Translations under genes and position numbers: made by a program | Shown here: positions 45,401 through 59,918 of the stretch, in pieces | Layout: every line of letters begins with the position of its first letter | How positions within the stretch are numbered: the first letter of the stretch is position 1 | The notes under the pieces: generated by a model | What the model was told of the DNA's origin: nothing | Seen by the model: the letters and a program-made list of their open reading frames with translations, nothing else | The model's database searches: none | Assembly: GCA_000708835.1 (NCBI GenBank) | Contig: DF237263.1 | Span: 1 to 64,000, forward strand | Origin: Klebsormidium nitens | Lineage: Eukaryota > Plantae > Klebsormidiophyceae | Length of the DNA stretch: 64,000 bases | Reading direction: 5' to 3'

Positions 45401-48400
45401 CGGTTGTTTTTTCCTTTCCAGGTGCTCGCAGAGCAGACGGAGAAGAACATCGACAGCGCGCGGCGCGCGTACAAACCCTGCGGCGACTACGGCGCGACGC
45501 TCTTCTTCTGCATCACCGATCTCGCCAACATCGAGCCCATGTACCAGTACAGCCTCCCCTGGTTCGTCAACCTATTCGTCGGCTCGATCGCCGCGAGCGC
45601 GCGCGCGGACGACGTCAGCGCGCGCCTGGAATCCATCCACGCGCACTTCACGTACGCGCTCTACTGCAACGTCTGCCGGAGTTTGTTCGAGAAGGATAAG
45701 CTATTGTTCGCGTTCCTGCTGACGTCGCGCATCATGGGCGCGCGCGGCGAGGTCGACGGCGCGGAGCTCATGTTCCTGATGACGGGCACGTGCGGCGTCG
45801 CGGCCGCGGCCGCGGGCACGCCGGCGGCCGGCGAGAACCCCGCGCCCGCGTGGCTGCAGGAGAAGGCCTGGGGCGAGCTGTGCACGCTCGCGCGCCTGCC
45901 GGCGTTCGCGGACGTGCCGGCGTCCGTGAAGGAGTCGCCGGACGGGTGAGAAAGGCCTCACGGAATCTGGTCATTCGAATCACGACCGTAAAATCTTTCT
46001 GGTGCCAGGTGTTACCGGTCGGTCCTGAGGTTTAATGCATCTACATTCTTCCGAGTCGGCATAGATACCGAGCAACACCGTTCTGAATAGGTCTCGAGCT
46101 TCGTCTACGATCAAATTTGAGAAGCCTGCTGATTTGCATGCATGTCCATGTCCGAAGACAGAAAGGATGTCTTGGGAGAATTGGGCCTCCTGTCCGCTGT
46201 TGCACGGTCCAGTCCTTATCCAGTGCCCAAAGCCTGAACATCCGAACCAGATTGCCAACAAATTTTCGTCTAGGTGGCATACAGTTTGATTCATTAATCT
46301 TTTCCAAACCAAGTTTTGATGGCGTCTATACAGCCGTTCATCTTGACGTTTTCAACGGCTGACTTTTCTCTTTCCACCTTTCTCGCTTGCTCTCCATCGT
46401 CAGTCTTCCGTCTGCTCGTTCTTCATCCTTGACTGCCTGAAACGTTGCAAACATATCTGCAACTTCCCGGGCTTCTTCCACCTCTTCTCTGACTTGGCGC
46501 TTGAAAACCCCCGCAGCTGGCGCGCCATCTACGACTCCCCCGAGCCGCACACGGTGACTCCCCCCGGTTCCCTCTCCGGGCTTCCCCTCTTCCACCGGTT
46601 ACTCCTAACCCGCTGCCTCCGCCCGGACAAAGTCGTTCCAGCCGTCCAAGACTTCGTCGCGTCGATCATGGGCCGTCGATTCGTCGAGCCGCCGCTCTTC
46701 GATCTCGCCGCGTGTTACGCCGACAGCTCCGCCACGTGTCCGCTCATCTTCGTCCTGAGCGCGGGGAGCGACCCGACGGCCGCGCTGCTGAAGTTCGCGG
46801 CCGATAAAGAGATGGCCGACAAAATCTACCCGATCTCGTTGGGCCAGGGCCAGGGCCCGAAGGCGGCCGCGATGATCGCCGACGCGGCCGCGGCCGGCGC
46901 GTGGGTGCTGCTCCAGAACTGCCACCTGGCGCCTTCCTGGATGCCCGCGCTCGAAAAGATCTGCGAGGATATTTCCACCAAGGGCGAGGTTAACCCGGCG
47001 TTCCGGTTATGGATGACCAGCTACCCTAGCCCGAAGTTCCCGGTTAGCATCCTGCAGAACGGGGTTAAGATGACTAACGAGCCGCCGAAGGGGCTCAAGG
47101 CGAACATCCGCCGGTCGTACGGGCTGGACCCGATCGCGAACGAGGACTTCTTTGGCGGGTCGAAGCGCCCCGGGCCGTTCCACCGGTTGCTCTTCGGGCT
47201 GTCGTTCTTCCATGGCGTTATCCAGGTGAGAAGCAGCTGCCTTTCGTTTGATAGACTGCTTCCCACTTGAAAACAGGCTTCGTGTAGCCGGTGTTGAACT
47301 TCTACGCTCGGCGGTTCTCCAAATGAAGTTTCAAGGACCTCCCAGTCAGATTCGGGGGGCCATACTCTTTGGAGTTATGCTGGCCTACGATAGGTCAGCA
47401 CAAAGCAGCGAAGCCCGAGAATCAACGGCCGCTCCAGTGCTTCGTACAGCGACATGGTTTTCTAGCTCTCTGTTCGCATATCCTGCTATCTCTCTAGGAC
47501 CGCGAAGATTAACGTTCTGTGATCACTTGCATACGTTACGAAGCAATCAGTTAGCGACACTCGCCTCTTTTCTCCGGTTGCTCGATTCTCGTCTTGACCG
47601 CGTCAGAACCAATCGCGAACCAATCTCGAAGGAAGTTCTGCGCACCAGTTCCGCTCTTGGCTTACTTGCCGCTCTTTGCTCGTTCCTTGGTTTCATTCTC
47701 TAAAAGCTGTGAAACCTAGCTCTTCTCGTCGTGCACGACTTTAAAGCCTGTTTCACACCTCCTGAACAGGAACGCCGCCGCTTCGGCCCGCTCGGCTGGA
47801 ACATACCCTATGGCTTCGACGACGGCGACTTACGCATAAGCGTGCGGCAGCTGCGCATGCTCTTAGAAGAAGCGCCTTCTGACGACTCCCTCCCACTCGA
47901 GGCGCTGAACTACGTAACGGGGGAGTGCAACTACGGGGGCCGCGTTACAGATGACAAGGACCGGGTTCTGCTAACCACCATCCTGCGCAACGTGTACTGT
48001 CCGGATATGCTGCGGCCGGGGTATAAGCTATCGGAGTCGGGGCTGTACTTCGCACCAGAGGCGGATACGCTATCGGGCGTGCTGGAGTACGTGGAGACGC
48101 TGCCGATCGTGCCGCAGCCGGAGGCGTTTGGGCTGCACCCGAACGCCGACATTGCAAAGGATATGAACGACACATCGCTTATGCTCGGCAGCCTGCTGGT
48201 TATCGATTCAGGGGGCGGCGGCGGCGGGAAAAAGGGGGGGGGTGCGGAAGTGGACGCAGTAGGCGCTGTGGTGCGCGACATTCTCGCGCGGCTGCCGCCC
48301 AATTTCGACATCGAAGCGTGCCAGCAAAAGTACCCGGTGCTATACGAGGAGAGCATGAATACGACGCTGGCCCAGGAGATGACGCGGTTCAATAAGCTAT

Positions 48401-49095
48401 CGGAGAAGATCCGGACGAGCCTAACGGAGATGCTAAAGGCTATCCAGGGCCTTGTGGTTATGAGCTCGGATCTAGAGACCGCGTATCGGAGCATCGCGGT
48501 GAACCAGGTCCCTGCGATGTGGGCACGTGTCAGCTATCCGAGCCTCAAGCCGCTGAACGGGTACGTGAAGGACCTGTTAGAGCGGCTAACCATGCTCCAA
48601 ACCTGGTTCGAGACGGGCAAACCCGCGGTTTACTGGATCAGCGGGTTCTTCTTCGCGCAGTCGTTCATGACGGCCGCGCTGCAGAACTACGCGCGCGTGC
48701 AAAAGGTAGCGGTCGACGAAGTCGGTTTCGATTTCGAGTTCCTAGGTATGGACCCGGGGGAATACACCGAGGGCCCCGCCGAGGGCGTTTACATCCGGGG
48801 CTTGTACCTGGAGGGCTGCGCCTGGGACCCGGTGAAGAAGCAACTGTGTGAATCGGCGCCGAAGGTGCTGCACACTTTCGCCCCGGTTATCTGGCTGAAA
48901 CCCACCCCGGTTAGCAAGATGAGCCAGTACCCGCACTACGACTGCCCGATCTACCGGACGGCGGAGCGCCGGGGGGTGCTCGCGACAACCGGGCACTCGA
49001 CCAACTTCGTGATGAAGATCCGCATGCCGACGGACAAGAAGGCGAGCCACTGGACCATGAGAGGGGTCGCAATGCTGTGCGCGCTCTCGGATTAG
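21426..49095 (+). CDS. DHC: Axonemal single-headed inner-arm dynein heavy chain (motor of DNAH3/7/12, IAD-3 type), 33 exons, apparently intact
   Basis: All 32 introns are GT-AG and the frame is continuous from MGPPRK (21426) to ...[15 protein letters not shown] (49095). P-loops: AAA1 GPAGTGKT (~29733-29756), AAA2 GQPFSGKT (~32721), AAA3 GPTGTGKS (~34437), AAA4 GVGGSGRQS (~37264). Also [52 protein letters not shown], stalk/MTBD (~39833-42617) and LQNCHLA (AAA6). Confidence 0.97.
30230..30640 (+). repeat. Two tandem ~175-bp units each carrying the acceptor + first ~40 nt of the AAA1 exon ([14 protein letters not shown])
   Basis: ccgtttcc..c.ccag|g.cct..cccggcagtgcgt...t.caact.ca..ga.tcc at ~30233-30288, ~30398-30458 and the real acceptor at 30595/30596. 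The unit tails (ttctggatggtcc...) are also shared between the two copies. Confidence 0.9.
32206..32290 (+). repeat. Degenerate 10-bp minisatellite (AGCGTCCGAA)n at the 5' end of a dynein intron
   Basis: cagcgtccga gagtgtccga ... agcgtccgaa agcgtccgaa agcgtccaaa agcgtccgga. Confidence 0.75.
33470..33700 (+). repeat. Duplicated acceptor + exon start ([17 protein letters not shown]) in dynein intron
   Basis: ctccgcag|gtgctggacgactacaagattctgtgcctgcccaacagcgaattcatccagat (~33471-33531) versus the real ctctgcag|gtgctggacgacaacaagaagctgtgcctgcccaacagcgagatcatccagat (~33634-33694). Confidence 0.9.
36067..36253 (+). mobile_element. Same core-bearing TIR element, copy B, inserted in a dynein intron; 41-bp arms, 9-10-bp TSD
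   Basis: Left arm tcttcaatttagcaatagtaagccctagcaatagtaagctc (36072-36112) versus the reverse complement of 36208-36248: 2 mismatches in 41. (T)CATCAAAAG at 36058-36066 and 36254-36262. Core is homologous to copies A and C. Confidence 0.9.
37740..37960 (+). repeat. Echoes of the VEISKSY exon start in dynein intron
   Basis: acag|gtggagatcagcaagagctacac|gtgagt (37834-37866) and gtggagatcagctacag|gtgagt (~37746-37768) precede the real acag|gtagagattagcaagagctacacg (37932). Confidence 0.85.
40305..41011 (+). repeat. Four progressively decayed tandem copies of the acceptor + start of the stalk exon ([38 protein letters not shown])
   Basis: Copies at ~40305-40350, ~40408-40470, ~40536-40652 and 40691-40812. 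The real exon starts at 40898. Confidence 0.92.
41865..42110 (+). repeat. Duplicated exon end + donor ([19 protein letters not shown]|gtgcgcgcg) in dynein intron
   Basis: gcggaggggctgtgcaagtgggtgacggcc.tggacaagtacgacgccg..gc.aag|gtgcgcgcgc.cgag at ~41848-41920 (real) and ~42013-42085 (copy). Confidence 0.9.
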
Positions 49096-50651
49096 TCCTT
49101 TATTTGTGGTCTTACAGCTGTTATCCGAAAGAAGGACGTGCTACGTTTATACTGTAGTAATAACCAGATTTGTAAGTTCAGAGATACTGAAAACCTTGGA
49201 GTAGCTCAAAAACACGTATAAAGCTGATCCGAGTATACAGGTAGGTTGACGGGCTCGAAATGGTCACTGTTTTTAAGAGCTCAAGAACATGTCTCATTAT
49301 TTTGTTTTCCTGGTGGTGTTATAACAAGTCGATGGCGACACTGATGTTACCATGCCTGGCCCCGCCCCAGTCGCGTCCAATCCGTAGCTGTGATGGCAGC
49401 ACTCAACTTTAGACTCATCAGACGGCCCAAGTTCAACGCTTGCTGTCAAATGCGGCAGGAACTTGCTTCCCTTCCCGGGTAGGATAGAGAGTCGCTTTGA
49501 AACAACAATCAACTAACATACAGGTCATGAGGACAAATCCTCACACAACCAATAACTACTGGCGGTTCACATAATTGAAACTGCATGACTCTCAGACTCC
49601 GAGTCCCTGTCATAATACTAGGGACGCGGCTCGTGAGGTTGAATCCGACAAAAACCAACCCTGACCATGCCTTTGGACTGCACGTATGAGTCGCAGCATT
49701 GGTTTTGTTAGTGCCTTTGGTTCCAATGCAAGTATGCAAGAGAGGACAGGACGCGAGTAATCTTGACACATGTCTATCAATGCCAAGAACGCTCGACCTT
49801 GATCGGCAACTAAGCCTGCAAACTTGCTATCATTGGAACAGTTGACGAATACTTGTAGTAAAGCGATAGGATCGTATGAGGACATGCGCCTATGATACGG
49901 TGTCTATTCTCAACGAGAGCAGATCATCCTACAAGGGCTATACTCGCCATATGCGGCAAGTTTCTCAAACGACCGTCTACAGCGGCCTGCAAGTGGGCCC
50001 AGTGCGATTGATGGTACACACGTAAGACGGATCAGCTTGTGCAACAATTACGAGTACAGGCATTGAATCAAGTGTTCAAATCGTGCAGCCAAATCGAATG
50101 TGCGCAGTGCGCCCGCAGTTCCTATCCAATATTGGCTTTGCCCTTTCATTGTCGATGTCTTCACTAATATCCAGTCCGAGATTCCCTTCAGTCCCTGGTG
50201 CCTGGTGCCTTGTGGACTGTCTTCATTTATTGAAGCATCGAGACAGCAGAAAAATCTGCAGAGTTTCCTGTATCCCTACAAGATATGTTGAACGAATGCT
50301 ACGTTCTCCATGGCAGAGTCTGTTCATCTGACGCACAACAAAGTATTCTGTCCGGGAAAAGCTCCTTCACACAGACATGTGCAGGACAGTTGGCATACTG
50401 AAGTCACGCCAGCCGCTGGAACTAGACATCAGCTTCCAAAGCCAATCACAGCGGAGTCTTTTCTCCATAAAGCGCCGGCCGGTTTTGTCAGGAATACACA
50501 GTGAGCAGCACACCACGAACTGGACACCCCAATCGCTGCTTTTCACTTTCAGGGTACCACAATCTTCCTTCTGGCCTTGGGTGAGCATCGTGTCAAGATT
50601 CCCTTCGTTTGTGATGTCTAGATCTGCGTGGACAAAGAAACCGATACTCAC

Positions 50652-51543
50652 TTATCCCCCAATTTCTGCGACTGTTTTGGCCCCATTGAAGTGTATCGCT
50701 TCGTCGGCTTCATACGCCAAACTTCTGAACAGTTGGAGACGTATTGCATCGGGACCTCTTAGGAACAGTGGTGCTGCTGCTCCACTCAAAAGAACGTACG
50801 ACTCCAAGAGAACTGCGCTTCCGTGTGCATCCTTGAAGATTCCAACATCAGAAGTTCCTGTCATGAGTTTTGCAATGCTGTCCTCTATCTTCGCACTCTG
50901 GATGAGCAGCTGCAGAGGAGCTTCTAGTTTGAATGTGTATTGGCTGGTTGAAGGGTGAAGTGGCCTGATTGTGATGCCTACGTTCTTATCAACTGTCCAC
51001 ATGAGAAGTTCTCCCTTCAGCGATCTCACGAGGAAGAGAACCCTAGTCTGCCCCAGGAAGGACCTTGTCTTTTGGGATGCATTCGTGTCGGCTAGTATCC
51101 GCTCATCCCAGCGCGCTTTGACCACACCCTCGTATCCACCAAAGCAACCAAGGGCGTTCTCGAGGGCTCTAGTTTCTGGTTAGTCACCAAGGAGCTCCGA
51201 ATGGCTGTGACAGATCCTTCTCCACAGGTCCAGCCGTCTGTCAGATGCGAGAGCCTCAAAACCTCTCCATGATTGTGTAGCGTCTACAAAGGAGGGGGGG
51301 TCCTGCATTGCCAACTTGCTGAGGATGATTCCCAGAACGTCATGTGGAAGATTCCGTAACGTTCTCTCCTCCTTTTCTGCAATCCTGACGCCTTCGCGGG
51401 CTGGTGACATGCAGGGGTCATTTGAAATGTCAGACCGACCATCTCCTTCTGAAGCACCTTTTGCTCCTTGTCCTTTTGCTTTAGACTTCGGGCCCCCCCG
51501 AAGCTTTTGCCAAACTTGCTGCCAATCTGGTTCTGATCCTCAT
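50652..51543 (-). pseudogene. Disrupted F-box-like protein gene
   Basis: F-box-like TLRNLPHDVLGIILSKLAMQDPPSF...LASDRRLDLWRRIC. An in-frame TAA (51180-51182) interrupts a frame that otherwise continues for about 175 codons to 50652. The upstream ATG (51543, MRIRTRLAASLAKASGG) is out of frame by +1 at a G7 run (51493-51499). Confidence 0.6.
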
Positions 51544-53153
51544 CGTGTCTGGTGCTAAGCAGAACCTTACAGTGAAGTATCTTCATACGCAGCTTTGAAG
51601 AAACCCAGGACCTGCCATTTAAGAAACCAAGCGCCTAGAAGAGGACACAATTTCTAGCATCAGAGTCCCGCAGATCAAGTTCTCCATCGTGCTTATCCTT
51701 TCCTGAAAAGCAGGAGGTAGAGAAGAGGGCCGCGTATGGCCTGCGGCGCTTCTCTTAAGACAGCGCTTCTTAATCACGAAACTCCCTTGATGCCTTTGAG
51801 GTCTTCACAGCCGCCAGCAGATTCGCAAAAGCCGCGCAACCTACTTTTTGCAAGTTTCAGCTTTGCAGATTGCGTTGCTCACTGAGCGACTTCTGCTCCT
51901 CCACGCCATGCGACGTTCTCTCGGTAGACATGACCGGTGATTGCTTCGACTCTCGTTGCCCCTGCCATTTGCCCGGGTTACCTGGCATGCACCTGGTTAA
52001 ATTATCTCTACAGTACTACGCAAGATTGATGGTTCTGTGCAACCGCAAAATCAGCGTAAGTATGCTTCTGAAAGCAAAAGCTTACAGGACGTTCCAGTCG
52101 AAATGTTTGATCGCAAGCAAAGTTGCTTCTAGCTTGCGAGGGGCTTGCGAACATCTATCTTAGTGATTCTTAATTAGCTCATCTTTTAAATCAGTCTAAT
52201 TCTTATCCGGTTTTGATCCTGACCGTACGATCCTTGAAACGGTACTTGTCCCGGCCCTGGTGCTAACATACATGTGTGTCCGGCATGATGCCTTCCTAAG
52301 ATTGGCGCAACTTGTGCAGTTGAATGACACCGGTGAAAATGGCACGTTTTATGTATCCCAACGCGTGTACTGTATCAACATTGAGTTACTACGTACAGTG
52401 GATACTTTATATAGCTTCAAAAAAAAGATGCACGAATTAAAGTTCTTCAAGTCGTGGCGCTCAATATCATGCTGCTTTTAACAAGTTGGAAGTATGAATG
52501 CATGACATAGACGATAGTAGACTGAGCTAGACTCAGAGCAGGATTCAGGAGCACAATTGAACTTACACCGTTCATTGGCTGAAGTAAGTAAGTGGACCCA
52601 TCAATTCGTTATATTTGCCTGGCAGGAAACCTAGCTAACCACAAACAGTAGAACAGGCAAAGATGTCCGCCTACGTCATTGCCCTAAGCCTGCCGTTCTA
52701 ATTCAATCTTAGCTGCCCTATGTCAATCTGAACACTATGCAGCCTAGCTAAGTTGAATGCGAATTCAACAATCTAATCAGGCCGTATGATTCCAATGGCT
52801 TTATATAATATAGTGCTATCCCGTTGCTCAGTGCACGCTTACGCCTTAGAAGCGTGCTCCCCAAATTCCATTGGTGCTGGCCCGCACGCCCTGACTTCTC
52901 CTACTACACTCATGATTGATGAATTGTACAGATAACTTCCTAAGTGACTAGCACGTGTCCCAATCGACTTTGCCGGCTGCGAACCTATGCTTCTGATTAG
53001 AGGTAGCGCTTTGCCTCGCCACTGCTTGTATCCTTCCGTCTCGCGCTACACGTCTCTTGCTTTGAACCAGACCTTGCCTCCCAATCAAGAGTCCCAAATT
53101 TTATTACTCGAACTGACACTTTCCAGAACACATAGACCCCCTTTAAAAGGTTT

Positions 53154-57194
<4,041 letters not shown>

Positions 57195-57615
57195 GTTGTC
57201 AAGTTTCAGAGGATTGCAATCAAAGCAACAGCTGATTTTGCAGAGGCGCCCTCGCAGGAGCACTTGGAGGGCCTTTTGAGCTCAAGCTCAAACCAGATTT
57301 TCGTCTCCCCTGCTGTGCTTCGAGTCAGAAGTTGGTGTCATGAGGAGCAGGCTTTCCTGCGGAGCTTATTGCAGCTGCTGCGGCAGCAGCCACCCCATTT
57401 GAAGGACAAATTAGGAACGTTGTGGAAGATTCTGCTTGCACTCTCCTGCCGCTCGATCAGGGGAGCTTCCATTCTGACGTCAGCTGTAGGAGGCTTTGGA
57501 CTGGTAGGATCTTACTCGGATATGGACCGTGCGATGAGGGGACCCCTGAAAAGAGAGCTCCAGCACACCCTCCGATGCCAATGTAATGGAAAGGCAACTT
57601 GTCACTCTAACCGGG

Positions 57616-57660
57616 AGACTAATAGACTAATAGACTAATTTGTGACGATTGTCACAAATT
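57616..57660. repeat. (AGACTAAT)3 followed by a perfect 10-bp-arm palindrome AATTTGTGAC-gatt-GTCACAAATT
   Basis: Read directly at 57616-57639 and 57637-57660, about 420-470 bp upstream of the OYE ATG. Confidence 0.8.
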
Positions 57661-58128
57661 TTCTTATTCACACTCCCTTCTATTTACGATTCTTTCCTCC
57701 CGATAGTAAAGACATGGTTCTGTGGACAGTACATATGCTGATTAGCTGGGTATTGCTTTCAGCGCGCTGGGAAGAGAACAAGTACTGGCTTGGTGAAGTT
57801 GTTGATCAGGTGACAGATGTGCAGCTTGTAGACCAATGCAGCGTACTAAAACGCTCTTTCTCCTTGTTGAAACCTTCAAAGACGTGTGAGAGGCGTTCAC
57901 TTGCAGCATTTTCTTCTGACAAGCAGACCCGAGGGCGTGCCTCCGCTCAGCAGGAAGTTCGCTGACGTCCGGCAAAAATATATGCACCTATGAATGAAGC
58001 GCTGACCACCTGAGTGATTGGATTACCACACAAGTTGAGATCCTCTTTCCATTGACCAATCCGTGCGTTCATAACGCCTCAGTGGACCATGTAAGGTGCG
58101 CCGGAAGCTTGAGACTCAAAGAACGCCC

Positions 58129-59760
58129 ATGGCAGAACCGGGGGGATCCCTGGGGGTTGCTTTAAGGGATGGGGCAGGATTCCAGGAGAGCAGCTTGCCT
58201 AAGCTCCAAAAGGACCTGGAAAAGTCAGAGAAGTTCGAACTAGCTTTCATCAATGGCAGCTTGCTGTGTTCTCCAAAAGCAAGGGCCTTTGGATCGGCAA
58301 TGCAGTCTTTCTTCGAGCGGGCCATGACAGCAGAGGAAAACAAGTGAGTGGATACTTGCTGGCACATGAAGTCCCTCTGCTGTTTTCCCTTCCTCTTTTT
58401 TCTTGGCAATGCGCAAGCTGAATGCTGATGTTGGACACCTGACTCCTGAGCACAAGGGTTTGCTATGGCTTTTTACCTTGTGTAAACATGATAGAGCAGA
58501 TAGTCGTTTAACACCATCCAGCAATCTTGTGGCTGCATAGCACAGGTGGGAGCTTTGAGATGTTTGAAAGAAAGCAAGCAAAATTCCCATTCCTGGGCAC
58601 CGTTTTGGACCTGAAGTGATCTTGTTTGGCGCTTCCTGTGGCCCCCACACAGCCAAGAGCATGTGAAGGTCAGGCAGTCCAGACATGAAAAATTGTTGAT
58701 TCACTGCAATAATATTCTCAGAATCGCTGCCAGCTCAAAGTTGTGCAGATTGTCGTACAGTGCATTGAAGAAGCTCAATGCAAAGTGCTTTGGGGCTTTC
58801 GGCGCTATCTTTTGGAATAGATTCTCAAGAAGGAAGGGTGCACAATCGTTCTGGGGGAGTCAGGAGAAAATGTTGCCTGGTAATCTGTATCCATGCACAC
58901 CTGCAACGGGGAGTACCTATTGGGACAGTGCAAGCTGCATCGCCTCATGACACTAGAGAGACCACGCAAAAGAATCCCCATGTCCTTCTCACGCAAGGCA
59001 CCTTCTGTTGTCGAAAACAAGTCTCAAGCACTAATCTCAAAGCAATCTGCTTGCCTGCAGCAGGGTTTCTATCCTCAATAACAACGGGCAACTCCTCTCA
59101 ACGCGCCGGACGCTGGCAACTGTCAGCCACAATGAGCTGGTAAAAGTGGGTGCAAATCTCATGGATGGGCAAAAGCAGGTGGACAAGGAGACGATGACGA
59201 CAAAAGCCAAGGGAACGACAAGGACAAAAGCCCCGGTGAGCCAGGGCCACCCTGTGAGAAATACAGGCTGTTTGCGCATCCTTAGCAGAGAGCTAGGCAG
59301 ATTTCATGATCACATGCAACAAAGAATGAAGTCTAAGCTATTTTCCTGGCTTCCTTGTCGGATTGCATCACAAGAAAAAGCAAAGGCCCCTTCTGAATTA
59401 GCAATTGCCATTGAGCTATATTGTCCAGTATCTTTGCAATCTTCTGGAAACAGTCAACCATGTCATCACAAGTGTGTTAGACATCCTGTTCTGGTGTGAT
59501 GACCTTTTTGCATGTCACACAGAATGGCCCATGAAAGCACGAGCAGCTGTTGTGATTTAGCAGATGCTGTTTGTCCATGCAATCAAAGGAGATAGTTTTC
59601 CTTTTCTGGCCCAGCTATACATTATTCAGCTTCAGAGCGAATTATGCTTCCATCTATCTCCCACGAAGCAAGGAAACTGGTTCGCTCTGTTGAGGTTCAC
59701 CTGAGGGGAAAGCTGCAGAACCCCCTTGTATCTGCTCTATTGGTCTTTCAGCGACAAATG
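58129..59760 (+). CDS. Candidate upstream exons of the kinase-like gene (unresolved structure)
   Basis: MAEPGGSLG...FERAMTAEENK ends at a strong donor (GTGAGT, ~58345). An open stretch IMLPSISHEARKLVRSVEVHLRGKLQNPL (~59640-59728) lies just before the 59919 acceptor. I could not join these reliably. Confidence 0.3.
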
Positions 59761-59918
59761 GTCAATTGGTGTAAATGGTGTGCTAGCTGGCATCCATTAT
59801 GAATCTGAGTCTCTTGCCTTTCACAAGCTCACAAGGAGCGGTAAAACGTTGTTTCCAATTGCTCTAGATCTGTCGCCCGAACATTCCAGACAATCAAGAA
59901 TACCCTTCCCTCTTGCAG

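Noticed and set aside
22263-49050. Many long antisense and alternate-frame ORFs over dynein exons
   Set aside because: Expected shadow ORFs from GC-rich codon usage.
49610-49885. 91-aa minus-strand ORF downstream of the F-box pseudogene
   Set aside because: No recognisable domain and no convincing splice link.
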